DNA of 64,000 nt, from NCBI RefSeq assembly GCF_006345805.1, contig NC_043000.1, forward strand, positions 133,734,001-133,798,000, given 5' to 3'. This document shows positions 23,708-37,354 of the stretch, piece after piece. Source of the stretch: Octopus sinensis. Lineage: Eukaryota. The notes beneath the pieces were generated by a model. That model was not told the DNA's origin. It made no database searches and saw only the letters and a list, made by a program, of their open reading frames with translations. The translations under genes and the position numbers were made by a program. Numbering within the stretch: position 1 is the stretch's first letter; the number at the start of each line of letters is the position of its first letter.

Positions 23708-26700
23708 AGCTCATTGCTGTAAACTAACCAAACATTGTATACTAAGATTTTGACAGTGAACTACACCATCTCGTGGCGATGGGCTGGCAGAAACGTTAGC
23801 ACGCTGAGCGAAATGCTTTGCAGTATTTCGTCTACCGCTACGTTCTGAGGTCGACTTTGCCTTTCATCCTTTCGGGGTTGATTAAATAAGTACCAGTTAC
23901 ACACTGGAGTCGATATAATCGACTTAATCCGTTAGTCTGTCCTTGTTTGTCCTCTCTGTGTTTAGCCCCTTGTGGGTAGTAAAGAAATAGGTATTTATTT
24001 ACAGTTAGGTAAAGTAATCCCATGTGCCTTGCTTCTCTTCATTGCCTTAATTGTTATCTTAACTAGCCTATAAGTTTGGTAGATGAGTATCAATGTTCTA
24101 CTGCTTCTCAGACAGAGGTAGATTTGCTGGATCATCAGTCTCTAGCTAATTCTGTACTTCTTCAAAATGTTATACTCATCAGGAAATTTGTTCCCTGTTT
24201 ATTAATATAGCGCAAGTGAGGCCATAACCTTATGGCCTGTGCCAGCAGTGTAACCAGTCCACTTATGCGTGCCTTTCCTTCATTGGACACTAAACTCTGC
24301 TTGCGAAGACCTGTTGAGGCAAGTGAAATCGAAATCAAACTCGGTGACTGGCATCCATTGCTAGTGGAGTGCTAAGAGTACCATACAAGTGAGATCGTTG
24401 CCAGAGCAACAAGCTCTCATCCATGCCGATGGCACATTAAAAACACCATTCAAGCGTGATCATTACCTGCGTTGCCTTACTAGCACTTGTGCTGGTGGCA
24501 CGTGAAAGAAAACATTTGAGCAAGGTCGTTGCCACTGCTGCTGGACTGGCTACTGTGCAGGTGGCACATAAAAAGCACCTTTTGAGCGTGGCCGTTGCCA
24601 GTACCACCAAACTGGCCCTCGTGCCGATGGCACATAAAAGCACCCACTTTCACTCTCGGAGTGGTTGGCGTTAGGAAGGGCATCCAGCTGTAGAAACTCT
24701 GCCAGATCAGATTGGAGTCTGGTTCGCCAGACCTCAGTCAAATTGCCCAACCCATGCTAGCATGGAAAGCAGATGTTAAACGATGATGATGATGATGATC
24801 AGGCAATTTGTTCCCTTTTTATTAATATATGTATGGTTTGGTCTGGATGAAGGAGCTTTATCTTTTATTTTTTACTTGGTTCAGTGATTAGACTGTGGCC
24901 ATGCTAGAACACCACCTTGAAGAATTTATTGTTGAATGGAACAACCCAAGTACTAATTTTTATTTTAGGCTTAATTCTTGTTCTCTCAGTCTCTTTTGCC
25001 AAACCCCTAAGTTAACACAAACACCAGTTTTCAGGTGCTAGGGGACAAATACAAACACAAAGACATGCACACACACACACACATATACGACAAGCTTCTT
25101 TCAGTTTCTATCTACCAGATCCACTCACAAGGCTTTGGGTGACCTGAAACTATAATAGAAAACACTTGTCCAAGGTGTCACACAAAGGGACTGAACATAG
25201 AACCATGTGGTTTGGGTGCTAGCTTCTTATTTCTTTATTGCCCACAAGGGGCTAAACATAGAAGGAACAAACAAGGACAAAGGATTTAGTCGATTAGATC
25301 GACCCAAGTGTGTAACTGGTACTTTATTTATCAACCCCCGAAAGGATGAAAGGCAAAGTCGACCTCGGCAGAATTTGAACTCAGAACATAACAGCAGATA
25401 AAATGCTGCTACGCATTTTGCCCGGCATGCTAACGTGTCTGCCAGCTTGGGGTGCTAGCTTCTTACCACACAGCCGTGCTTGAGCTGTGTCCAATGCCAG
25501 CATAGGCTCTCTGAGATTAACATTGTTTGTTTTTAACTAGTATCAGTTTGGTATTTCTTTTTTCTCTAAATTATGGACAGTTCAGTCTGACTTTCACAAT
25601 ACCTATGCTGACTTCATAGAAGAAAAAAAAACATCTTTTACGTCCATTATAGCATTCTAAGAAGTGTGAGAGCTTATAGATTACCACTGAAATTGAGCAT
25701 ACTTTGTTATCTTAGATCAGTGATAAACAAAAATAAATTTATCTCCAACAATATGCTTCCCTTCTAAGAATACCCAACATACCTCTTAGATGGACACTGT
25801 TTTGAAAGCTGAAGTGGAAGAGTAGCGACTTTCTGAATACAAGGTTGAAAGTGTTATTTTCTTTGCTTGTTCAGCTTTCTAAAAGCATGTTTTATTAACG
25901 AAAACTTTACTTTGTTACTCCACTCTTCTTTAAAGTCAGCACCTTTATTCTTCTGGATTATCCCATTCTTCTGGATTATCCCATTCCTGCTGCACTGACA
26001 CAGTTGATGCAAAGTATAAATCTTTTGTAAACCTTAACTCTGTATCATTCACTATGTGCATAGCTGATAAACACCCAGGTCTTCGAAACTCCCTTGATCT
26101 CAAAATATTTGTGGAGATGTGGCTGCTATTTCTAGCAAGTCAAGCAACCACTTCCACAGACATAACAGTTGTTTGACCTAAATATCAACCCCATCAATCT
26201 CCCCAGCCTTGGTGAATCTGTGAAGGTGAAGGACAGACTCCTTTCTTACCTCCTGACTGAAACCATACACAAAAAATAGTGAATTTGTATTTCTGAAATT
26301 TTTGTCATTATCAACCATTGTAGATAAATACATAATGCTTGTCTGCATATCACTGGAGGCGTTTTATAAAACATACTGTACTTATTCCTTATTGTTCTAA
26401 TTATATATGACTTATGGTGCTTACAGTAACATGTGGTCTCCATGTGTAATTGTGTGTAGGTTAAGGTTATTTTTACTCTTTACTCTTTTACTTGTTTCAG
26501 TCATTTGACTGCAGCCATGCTGGAGCACCGCCTTTAGTCGAGCAAATCAACCCCGGGACTTATTCTTTGTAAGCCCAGTACTTATTCTATCGGTTTCTTT
26601 TGCCGAACCGCTAAGTGACGGGGACGTAAACACACCAGCATCGGTTGTCAAGCAATGCTAAGGGGACAAACACAGACACACAAACACACATATATACGAC

Positions 26701-27644
26701 AGGCTTCTTTCAGTTTCCGTCTGCCAAATCCACTCACAAGGCATTGGTCGGCCCGGGGCTATAGCAGAAGACACTTGCCCAAGATGCCACGCAGTGGGAC
26801 TGAACCCGGAACCATGTGGTTGGTTAGCAAGCTACTTACCACACAGCTACTACTGCGCCTATTGTAAAAACTGTGGAACACTTTTGTTTTAGGAACATAT
26901 CCAGATCATCATCCATCATTTTGAATCTGGGTTTTGTCCCTGTTAAACAGGGGTGGCCGGATCTACCTCAATGCCATAACAATCGCCCGCACAGCATCTT
27001 GCTCGGTTTGGGCATCCTCCCTTCTCGGGCCAACTCTCCCAATCTCCTCCTCCACCTGTCCCCTCTACGTTTTCTTCAGTCTGCCTCACTTTCGCTGTCC
27101 ATTCACCTCAAACTCTGAGCCATTATAACAATGGCTCAGAAGGCGACGAGCTAGCAGAAACGTTAGCACGTCGGGCAAAATTCTTAGCAGTATTTCGGCT
27201 GCCGTTACGTTCTGAGTTCAAATTCCGCCAAGGTCGACTTTGCTTTTCATCTTTTCAGGGTCGATAAATTAAGTACCAGTCACGCACTGGGGTCGATGTA
27301 ACCGACTTAAGCCCTTTGTCCTTGTTTATCCCCTCTGTGTTTAGCCCCCTGTGGGCAATAAAGAAATATGTAATAATGGCTCAGATTATGTTCCCCATAA
27401 TATATTTCTACTACTAATGAGATTTTATGGGTAGAGATCATGTAACTTACTACAGTTTACATCTTACTGTTTACTTTGACTGATCTATAAACAGGAACTT
27501 GCTCTGTTTTTTTGTTTTTTTTTAAAGTCAACCACAAAAAATGCTGTTCAACTTATGTCAGAATAGAAAAACAAATATCAAACTGCTTCTATATTTTATA
27601 TCATGATGCTCTCACTTTACAGTGATATTTTTATATTTTGTCAG

Positions 27645-27824
27645 GGAACACCACAATGGATTCTTGTTGATTTAGGTACTCAAGCCGAGATTAAAGAGAT
27701 TGCTATCAATTTCCAAGGTGGGTTTGCTGGAAAAGACTGCTGGATAGAAACGTCTCCATCTATTAATTCTAATGAATTAAAATATCTTTGTAAATTTTAT
27801 CCAGAAGATGATTCAACACTACAA
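27645..27824 (+). CDS. NR2C2AP: NR2C2AP exon 3 (GTPQWILVDL...NFQGGFAGK...FYPEDDSTLQ)
   Basis: ttttgtcag| acceptor; 60 codons containing the QW, FQGGF and FYPED motifs; ends at the U12 donor |ATATCCTTT. Confidence 0.93.
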
Positions 27825-29475
27825 ATATCCTTTCTGCTACAAACTTGTGTGGGAAATTTTACTTCTGTTGGTAATGATTCTGTAATTATGTTAACGATGC
27901 TATAATTTGTGTTCTTCCATTGTTTTAGAGCAAGCTACTTGGAAATTTCAATGCATTATCTTATTGGCCCATTTTTCAATCTACTTCATTGGTACAATTA
28001 GATAAGGTCAGTGGGAGAAATTGAATGACATTTTTCTCTTTCCTCTTGCTCTCTCACTTTTCACCTAATCTGCTAGCATTTTATTGTTAATGGGAAATAA
28101 CATCAGCTAGCTAGGAATGAAATCTCAGAATTGTTTATTGTATGTTACACAAATCGTCATCATTTAACATCCGTTTTCCGTGCTAGCATGGGTTGGACAG
28201 TCCGACCTGGGTCTGGGAAGCCAGGAGGCTGCACCAGGCTCCAGTCTGATCTCACAGTGTTTCTACAGCTGGATGCCCTTCCTCACACCAACCACTTCGT
28301 GAATGTAGTGGGTGCTTTTTACGTGCCACCAGTACAGCTGCCAGCGGCCATGATCGGTTGGTGCTTTTTACCGGCCACTGGCACAAGGCAGTGCTGGCAT
28401 CGGCCACGTTCGGATGGTGCTTTTTTATGTGCTACCAGCACAGGTATCACAACTACAATTTCCATTTGATATTTATTTTGATGTTGATGTACTTGACTCA
28501 ATAAGTCTCTTCAAGCACAGCAGGTCACGTGTCACCGGCACAGAAGCCAGTCAAGGTGGCGCTGGCATCAACCATGTTTGGATGGTGCTTTTTATGTGCC
28601 ACCGGCACAGGTATCACAACTACAATTTCCATTTGATATTTATTTTGGTGTTGATGTACTTGACTCAATGGGTCTCCTCAAGCACAAATATTTCTATTAA
28701 TCTATATAATATAGATCAGGTCTGGCCAACTCAAATTACATTGCAGGCCACTTTAATCACAAAGTTTTTTGAGGGCTGCTTGTATATTTTATGCATTTAT
28801 TTTGAAACAAATGTTTTACACAATTTTATTTTGAAATTAAACAATACTTCAAGAAAGTATCAAGCAAGCCACAAGATAAAAGTCTGCTGGTTACATGTGG
28901 CCCATGGGCTTCAGGTTGGCCAGCCCTGATATAGATAGTAGATGGTAGCACTCCAAGCAAATTTCCTCGTGGTATTTAGTTGCATCCATTTATATTACAA
29001 GTTCAAATCTTGTCAAGGCAGTAGGTGAAGTAGAAATCAGTTTTGCATTTCATCCTTCTAGAGTTAGTTTCATGTGCTGAAAGCATGTCAGACTAAAAGT
29101 AGTACATATTAATATGCATTGTGCTTATTAAATAATATTTATCTCTCACCAGATGGTAAGATCAACAAAAAAGTACTCCATCACGGAATAGTATATATAT
29201 ATGTATGTATTGTGTGTGTATTTGGTGGATTTCTATGACAAGACAGTCAATCCTTGGCCAGGGCACGAGATTCACAAAGTGTTATATAATGGGACCAAAT
29301 GCAAAACATGATTAGTGTGAAATTCTTAAAAGCCATAGAATCCACAAGTTAGTTTCAAGTGTTTCTTCAAGCTTATTCTCTTGATTTACATTGTCATTGC
29401 CCTTTGTTTTTTTAAACTAACATTGCACAACTGTTTATTTCATAATGTTGCTGATTTTTCCTTAACTTTGCTCAC
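27825..29475 (+). other. U12-type (minor spliceosome) AT-AC intron, 1651 nt
   Basis: 5' ATATCCTTT; branch point TTCCTTAAC at 29458-29466, 9 nt before the end of the terminal AC (29474-29475). Splicing it restores a continuous NR2C2AP frame. Confidence 0.92.
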
Positions 29476-29607
29476 ATTTTCCCAATCATCGAATCACCGA
29501 CAGCACAATTGATTAAAATAGTGTTTAATACAAGTACTGACTTTTACGGCCGAATTATTGTCTATAAACTGGATATCATTGGAGTTACCCAACAGAAAAG
29601 TGATTGA
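29476..29607 (+). CDS. NR2C2AP: NR2C2AP exon 4 (IFPIIESPTAQLIKIVFNTSTDFYGRIIVYKLDIIGVTQQKSD*)
   Basis: Preceded by branch site TTCCTTAAC and an AC acceptor; carries the C-terminal family motif STDF(F/Y)GRI.IY.L...G; in frame with exon 3; TGA at 29605-29607. Confidence 0.92.
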   Translation: MFPIIESPTAQLIKIVFNTSTDFYGRIIVYKLDIIGVTQQKSD

Positions 29608-31582
29608 AATGTTCAGAGAAATAAATTGACAGCTGGATTATATAAACTTTTAAAAGATATTTAATCTGCCATGCAATATTGGTTTGACTTCATAGAACAA
29701 GCTACCATATTGGCTGAAATCATACTGATTCAACCAAAACTACTGACACTACGTTATTTTTGTGTTGCAAAACAATGTATTTCTTCTCCATTAGGCTTGA
29801 CTTGAAAATGCAACATTTTCATCTGATTAACAATGACTAACAACAATTCCTAAGTATTCTGTTATGAGAATTTCAATTTCAAATGTACCATGGACTGATG
29901 TGTTAGTTTAAAGCACAAAGATCAAGAATTTGATTTGAATGACCTGTCAAATAGTTCTACCTATGATGTTACTATTTCTAGTAATGACCAGAGCAGAAAC
30001 ATACATTTCCAGACACTTTGATGAGGACCAGAAAAACTGTACATTTGACTGGCAAGGAACAGCCTATCAATGTCTCACAAATCATTGGTTTGTATAGCAT
30101 TGTTTTATACTACTTTATAAATTAACACTGGACTTTTAATGAAAATTTCAAGAAGATTACATGTAAATATTACTACAGAAGGTAATAACAAACCTGCATA
30201 TATAAAGAAAATGAAAGTATTTAACTGATTATGTATTTTTATTTGTCCATAAATGTCATTATTTTCAGGAGACATTGTAGTTCAAAATCTAATAACTTGT
30301 GCAAATGAGCTAGGCTCTATATAGTCATTTGATCTGCTTGAAATGGCAGCCAATCTCCTTCCAATGATGCTCTACCAGCTTTGAAAACACAAGAAGGATA
30401 TTGCTGGAACACTTCATCATAGGTCTGCTCTACCAGGACTGACCTAGGGCTAATCTATCTGAAGGCTTTTTAATGGATTGATACCAGCGTCGCCTTACTG
30501 GCACGTGAACAAAACATTGGAGTGAGATCGTTGCCAGTGCCGCTGGACTGACTCTTGTGCAGGTGGCACATAAAAAAACACCATTTTGAGTGTGGCCCTC
30601 GTGCAGGTGGCACGTAAAAGCACCCACTACACTCTCGGAGTGGTTGGCATTAGGAAGGGCATCCAGCTGTAGAAACTCAGCCAAATCAGATTGGAGCCTG
30701 GCACAGACATCTGGTTCACCAGTCAAGTCGTCCAACCCATGCTAGCATGGAAAGCGGACGTTAAAGGATGATGATGATGCTTATAGATCCAGTTCATATA
30801 AAATAGCTGAATTAAATTTTTTTGAGTCAGTATTTAGTTTTCAATCAATTGGTAAATCAATTGTAAATCAATTTGGTCAGTAATATTACCAAAATAGTCT
30901 GGGAACTATTCCTAATAGCAAGGTAGATTGGTCTACTCTGCTTTTGAATAAAATAGTCTACATTTTATAGTATTCCAATGGGTTTTATACCAGGTAGCAC
31001 TTACCCCTTCCGAACTTCGCTCCCCCTGATCCGCAACCACTATTGTCTATCATCTTGATTTTATCAATCTTAGCTGGGCCACTTGGGTGAAGATGTCTGA
31101 TTGTTGAAAGACCTAAAACACTAAATAACCCCAGGAAGCATCACAGGGTGATGTAAGGGAAAACATCCTACAGTATTTGTGTCTATGTTGACAAATTAGC
31201 AGAATTGTTACGAGTGTCAGACTGAATGCTTAGCAGTATTCAATTTGGCTCTCTGCGCTCTGGGTTCAAATGCTGCCAAAAGCAACCATGATATTTTATT
31301 TTTCAACCACTGAATTGATGAAAGGCAATCCAGTAACAGAGTTGATTCTTCCCTGGATTGTACTTGCAACTCAAATGTTTAGTATGATGCCTTGTGACAA
31401 GACAGATTCAGCCTAATATCTGTGGAATACTCAACATGAGAAAATTCAGTGCCTATACAGAGTAAGTTTTTTTTTTTTCTCTCTCCAAATAGAAAAGCCC
31501 ATTTTGTGTATATTCTTTATCAAAATAGTATTTGAAGTTTTCTAGAAACATAAAACAAAACAATGTTTTGTTAGTAGAAAGT

Positions 31583-31588
31583 TTTATT
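31583..31588 (-). terminator. Candidate NCX polyadenylation signal AATAAA
   Basis: Plus-strand tttatt about 730 nt downstream of the NCX stop, followed on - by T/GT-rich sequence. One of several AT-rich possibilities. Confidence 0.4.
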
Positions 31589-32319
31589 TATATCAACACA
31601 TCAACAGTTAAGTAACAAAGTTATATTGAACATGAGATACCATTAAAAAGAGAAAGGAAAAACTTACAAGCATATTTTCTCTCATTTCATGAATATGAAC
31701 AATTTCATTTCTTAAGAAATGTAGTAATGATTTTTTTTTTCTTTTGCAATGATTAGTATAAAAAGGATCACTTTAAAAAATATTTTTCAAAGCAAAAATT
31801 TAAAATTTAAAAAGCATTAACTTCCAAAATAACTGTATTCAGTTTACACATGGGAAAATTTTTAAAGGAAGATATAATCTTTGAATAAGACATGAAGCAA
31901 AATTTCATCAATGAATTTGGTTGCTTTGTGATTTTTTTTTTTTTATGAGAAAATATTAATTTTAAGAAATGGATGCTTAGAGAAATATATAAAAAATGAT
32001 TCAGTGGACTTTTTAAAAATATATCCATGGAAGAATCATTAGAGAAAATGTTAGATTTATTTATTATTTCCCTTGCCCTACTTTCATTCATTGAATTAGT
32101 CTAAAATAATTGATGTTTTTTATAAATTTAGACATACACTTATTTTATCTGCTTAATTTATTACCCTTTATTTGATATTTTCTATAGTACTTCTTTTTCA
32201 TTATAAATGTTTTCTTAAAATATTTTATCAGATGTTTTTAGCTGGTGTTACCCAAATTTTTAATCAAGCTATAAAAAAATATATATAATTAAAAAAAAAA
32301 AAGAATGGTGGGGTTGGTT

Positions 32320-32562
32320 TTAAATTGAAACATCAATAATTTTTTTGGTTTGCAATGATGACAAAAGAACATAGAGAACCCAGAGGAAAATAAAAAGTAC
32401 TCCTGTGACTATTTTCGGGACAGTAGCACCACCAAGTTCAGCTTTACCAAAAATCTTCAGACTTCTTCTAATAACTAAAAGTAATATGGCAATAATTGCA
32501 AAAGTTGTGTAGATAATTACAGAGAAGCCCAATGATCCTGCATCCACAAAAAATCTTTCACC
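32320..32562 (-). CDS. SLC8A: NCX terminal exon (GERFFVDAGSLGFSV...ELGG...LWVLYVLLSSLQTKKIIDVSI*)
   Basis: tgtttttcag| acceptor; G.L.FSV, ELGG and LW.LY..LSSL motifs; TAA stop. Confidence 0.95.
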   Translation of the reverse strand, partial: GERFFVDAGSLGFSVIIYTTFAIIAILLLVIRRSLKIFGKAELGGATVPKIVTGVLFIFLWVLYVLLSSLQTKKIIDVSI

Positions 32563-33619
32563 CTGAAAAACAAAAGAGAAATTGATAACTACTGTTACTT
32601 CTATAAACCCATCTTGTCTAAATACAGTGCAAACACATACCAAACATTAGATGGGTTTTGAGCTTTGCCAATACTAGGCATCACCATGGTACATACACAA
32701 TTCTTCATAATATAACACTGAACTTAATATAATTCATTTGTGACCTTATTTCTTGTAAATAATCATGGTTTTGGAGAAATTTAGTAGAACTTGTTTCATT
32801 ATTTAGCTTGTGTTTGAAAAGTCAATAGAAATCCTTTTTTGGCAAAAAACAGGAATTTAGGACAGCTTACAGGTTATGCAACGCATGAAGGCAAAAAGAA
32901 ATGTTTCATTTTGATAAATTGAAAGTTAATAATTACTAGTTGTCTGGAGGGATAGTTTCCATCAATAGAAGATTGTTTAAAGAAACTGAACATGAAACTA
33001 CTTATGTCTTGGAATACCATTTTCCGACAATGGTTGTTGGGTTTACTAAATTTATCTTTTATGTTTTGATAAATACATGCTGACTTCTCTTTCTGTCACT
33101 ACTCCAGTGCCCTTTGTTCTTTGGAGTTGGTTGAGATCTCATGCTAACTCCCTTCAGTTAGTCCAAACTCACTAATACATCCTCTTGTTACTTATACAGT
33201 GTCCTCTCTAAGATACACTACATGTAGTCTTCAGTGTCGAGAACAAACATCTCACTGGAATTCCCACCCTACCCTGCAATACTATTGAGCAACACTATCG
33301 ATCTTGCCAGTTTCAGAAGGCCTGTGAAGACCACAGGCAGATCAAATGTATACATATATATCATCATTATCATCATTTAACACCTGTCTTCTATGCCAGC
33401 ATAGGTGGGATGGTACCACAAAAGCCTGCACCTGCAACTGTTTTGGCAGCATTTTTACAGCCAGATGCTCTTCCTAACACCAATCACTCAGCACAGTGGA
33501 CTTAATGCTTTTTACATGGCACAAGCTCAGACGAGGTGAATAACTACTAATTAGAATTTTGATCTTTGCCATGTTAAATCTTAGGTCTTTGAACTCTAGG
33601 CCATTCTTCCTCATTTGAA

Positions 33620-33935
33620 AAAAAGTGTCTTGGTGCGACTATGAAAGGTATCTAATCAGAGGCAGTAAATTCGCCACAATAGAAGCAAGGTTCGAGTCAA
33701 CGGAGCATGCAAGGGAGTACTCGACTCGAACTTGCAAAGTGGAAATATTTTATTACAAGAGACGGGCTAACAATTCCAGTCTGTTATATATTTTGAGTAT
33801 TGTTATCACTAGCGATATCAAGATATAACTTTGTATTTTGTATTTTATGTGTAGATGTATATATATAGATGTACATGTAATATGTACAAATATATATACA
33901 CTATGACCCGTCAACGACGGGTCTTTAATGCTAGT
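33620..33935 (+). mobile_element. Helitron 3' end fragment
   Basis: GACCCGTC-aac-GACGGGTC hairpin (33905-33923) then CTAG|T (33931-33935); shares ACTATGACCC with the 41806 element. 5' limit uncertain. Confidence 0.6.
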
Positions 33936-34327
33936 ATATATATATATATTATAACCATCATTTAACATCCATTGTCCATGCTGGCATGGGTTGGACAGTT
34001 TAACTGAGCTAGCACACTGCAAGGCTGTGCCAGGCTCCAGTCTGATTTGGCAAGGTTTTCTACAGCTGGATGCCCTTCCTAATATCAACCACTCCGAGAG
34101 TGTAATGGGTGGTTTTACGAGCCACCGGCACAGGTGCCATTTGCAAGACACTGGGGTATATTTACATGCCAATTTGTGTGACACCAGTATGTCACAACTG
34201 TGATTTTGCTTGGCTTGATGGGCTCTTTTTCTCAAGCACAGTATAATGCTCAAGGTCTTGGTCATTGCCTCTTTGAGACTCAACACTAGAAAGAAACTCG
34301 GCCACTGTTCCTCCATGAGGCCCAATG

Positions 34328-34469
<142 letters not shown>

Positions 34470-35054
34470 TTTTTTTACTTGTTTCAGTCATTGGATTGTG
34501 GCCATGCTGGTGCCCTGCCTTGAAGAGTTTAGTCAAATTAACCCTGGTACTTATTCTACGAGTCTTTTTTTGCCAAAGCGCTTAGTTACAGAAACAAACA
34601 AACCAGTACTGCTTTTCAACCTATGGTGGGGTCAAACACAAAGACACACACAATAGGCTTCCATAGGGAGGGACTGAACTTAAAACTGTGTGGTTGCAAA
34701 GTGAGCTTAACTACACGGCCATGCCTGAGCCTCTAGTTATTAGTCTATGGAAGTAAGGAGTAAAAGTTGACATTCTTCTGTTTTATATTCTGGAAACGGG
34801 AAATGTGTACTAACCTTAAGAGTTGTGTGTTTAAGATAGTGTATTTATTATAATTTGGTGTAAATCATGTCTTGGAAATACGGAGTTTAGGTGTCACACA
34901 AAGTTTTTAATTACTGTTTCTGATTAGAGTGTGTTTACGTAAAATTAGCAAACACTATGTCTCTTAATGAATTTTACTAATTTGTGACTATGTAGACATA
35001 ATCAGTTTGACAATGAAATTAAAATAAAACTCTTATAGAGAAAAATGATCTTAC

Positions 35055-35384
35055 CTTTGTATTCCAATAGATAGCAGCTATTAGCCAAGGCAAACCTAAT
35101 CCGAGAAATACGTTAACAGAATTACTACCATTCACATTTCCGACAGATGCATCTGCATACTTTTCCATGAGAGCTGCAGTTCGACTAGCAAATGTATCAG
35201 GCATACTGGTTCCCAGTGCAACAAAGGTGATGGCTGTAATACTTGCATCAAGGTTGATTAAACAGCCAAATACACCAGCCAGATCTCCAATAATAGCAGT
35301 CATTAAACCAATAACAGCCAGTGAAATGAAGAAAGTTGGCCACCCTCCCCAAATGGAAGGTGGAGGCACACAAGCAAACAAAGC
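35055..35384 (-). CDS. SLC8A: NCX exon: alpha-2 repeat (ALFACVPPP...GTSMPDTFAS...GNVNGSNSVNVFLGLGLPWLIAAIYW)
   Basis: tttttttcag| acceptor and AAG|gtaaga donor; 110 codons with SLC8 alpha-2 signatures. Confidence 0.96.
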
Positions 35385-37175
35385 CTGAAAAAAAAATCAC
35401 AAATCATAAATTAGATCACTTAAGGACATTTGTTGACTTACTTTCATGCATTTAATTAAACAAAATACTTGCTACTTCAAAAAGATCCATCTACTAGAGA
35501 TAGGAATTCTTTAATGTCTTTAGGGATTTCTTAATCCTTTTCAGCAACTTTTACCTATGAAAATATGTAAACCCATTGAGAGAAATGAAGGCAGTCACAA
35601 TCAGCTAAATCATTAAGTCTTCAAACCTCCAGATAAAAGTCATACTTTATCACCATTGTCATTTATAGAGGCACCATTCTAAGTTGTGCCTCCATGAGGA
35701 GTACATCTTACCAATCATCATCATCATCATCATCGTTTAACGTCCGTTTTCCATGCTAGCATGGGTTGGATGGTTCAACCGGCATCTGGGAAGCCAGGAG
35801 GCTGCACCAGGCTCCAGTCTGATCTGGCAGTGTTTCTACAGCTGGATGCCCTTCCTAACGCCAACCACTCCATGAGTGTAGTGGGTGTTTTTTACGTGTC
35901 ACTGGCACAGGGGCCAGAGGAGGCTGGCAAACGGCCACGATTGGTTGGTGCTTTTACGTGTCAGCAACACGGACACCAGTTAGGCGGCGCTGGCATCTGC
36001 CATGTTCGGACGGTGCTTTTTACGTGTCACCGGCACAGGTATCTTAACTACAATTTCCATTTGATTTTTATTTTGATGTTGGTGTTGACGTACTTGACTC
36101 AGTAGGTCTCCTCAAAAACAGCGGGTCACTCTACGATCCAAGATTAGCATAGCAGGCCATCTTGCGAGCCATGAACTCACTTCATATGTCGGGTCTTCAC
36201 AGTCACAGCTTATCTCAGAGGTCTCAGTCTTCATCATTTCCTCTGTGAGGCCCTACGTTCCACTGGCACAGGTATTACAACTACAATAACTACACGATTT
36301 TAAATAGATAAAGCCATTTATATAACAGACATATACAGCATTGGCCGAAAGTCACCCGACAGTAAATCAAAATTCCATAAATACTATCTGTAATTCTGTA
36401 TTGACTCGAATGGAAAAATGTGTCAGTCAAGAAGGACTTCAGTTTGAACAATTTTCATGATGTTTCATATTTAGATGCTTTTATTAAATTCATTCAGTTG
36501 TTAAATCTTGGAATTAAATGGTTTTGATTTACTGTCAGATGACATTTGGCCAACCCTGTATATCTCATTAGCTGTCAGAGTGGAGTTCAAATAATATTGT
36601 TGCAAATCCTGTGAGACTGATAAGTAGTTTAGCAATATATCCTTTGGTGGAGGTACATAGCTTAGTGGTTAGGGTGTCAGCACCATGATCGTAAGATTGT
36701 GGTTTCGATTCCTGGACCGGGCGATGCGTTGTGTTCTTGAGCAAAACACTTCATTTCACGTTGCTCCAGTCCACTCAGCTGGCAAAAATGAGTAATGCTG
36801 TGATGGACTGGTGACCCGTCCAGCTGGTGGGGAACACATACACCATAGAAACTGGGCCTATGAGCTTGGCTAGGCTTTAAAAGGGTGCATTAAATTAGAA
36901 ATATATCCTTTGAATAATATTAATGAGCTTAGTGTATGCAGTGCTGCACAGATGCATTGCAACTCATTGAAAAAAAGGAAAAGTGGGGACAGAAAGAGAG
37001 CAATGAAAATCAGAAGTTGTTAAAAATTAGATTCACCAGTGACCTCCTAGTTAATGCTCAGCTTATCCCCATTGAATTGGGGTGTTGCATCTGATAAAGT
37101 CATGCTCCATCAATCTAAACTCTATAAGGTAAATCAAAGATGCTGCTGAAAGAAGCACTAGAAAAGATGTCTTAC

Positions 37176-37354
37176 CTTCCATGCAAATGATGCAAAGTGT
37201 AAAATATAGTCGCTTGCAGTAGCAGTTTCCAGGTCACCACCATTAACATTTAGTGCATTCTCAAATTGTTTACCCCAGCTGATAGTGTCTAATTGAAGGG
37301 CGTCTAAATTAAGTTTAGTCATGTTGACAATTCGACTGACCAAACTATTGAATT
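37176..37354 (-). CDS. SLC8A: NCX exon (EFNSLVSRIV...SWGKQFENALNVNGGD...DYILHFASFAWK)
   Basis: ctttacag| acceptor and AAG|gtaaga donor; conserved SW.EQF..A and DY.MHF..FWK motifs. Confidence 0.93.

Noticed and set aside
25947-25986. 18-bp tandem duplication (also a 20-bp one near 57215 and an 11-bp hairpin near 54070)
   Set aside because: Small local events expected by chance or slippage; no functional evidence.
27825-27905. Continuation of ORF 27603-27905 as NR2C2AP C-terminus
   Set aside because: Homology ends at STLQ, where the U12 donor begins; the true C-terminus is at 29476-29607.
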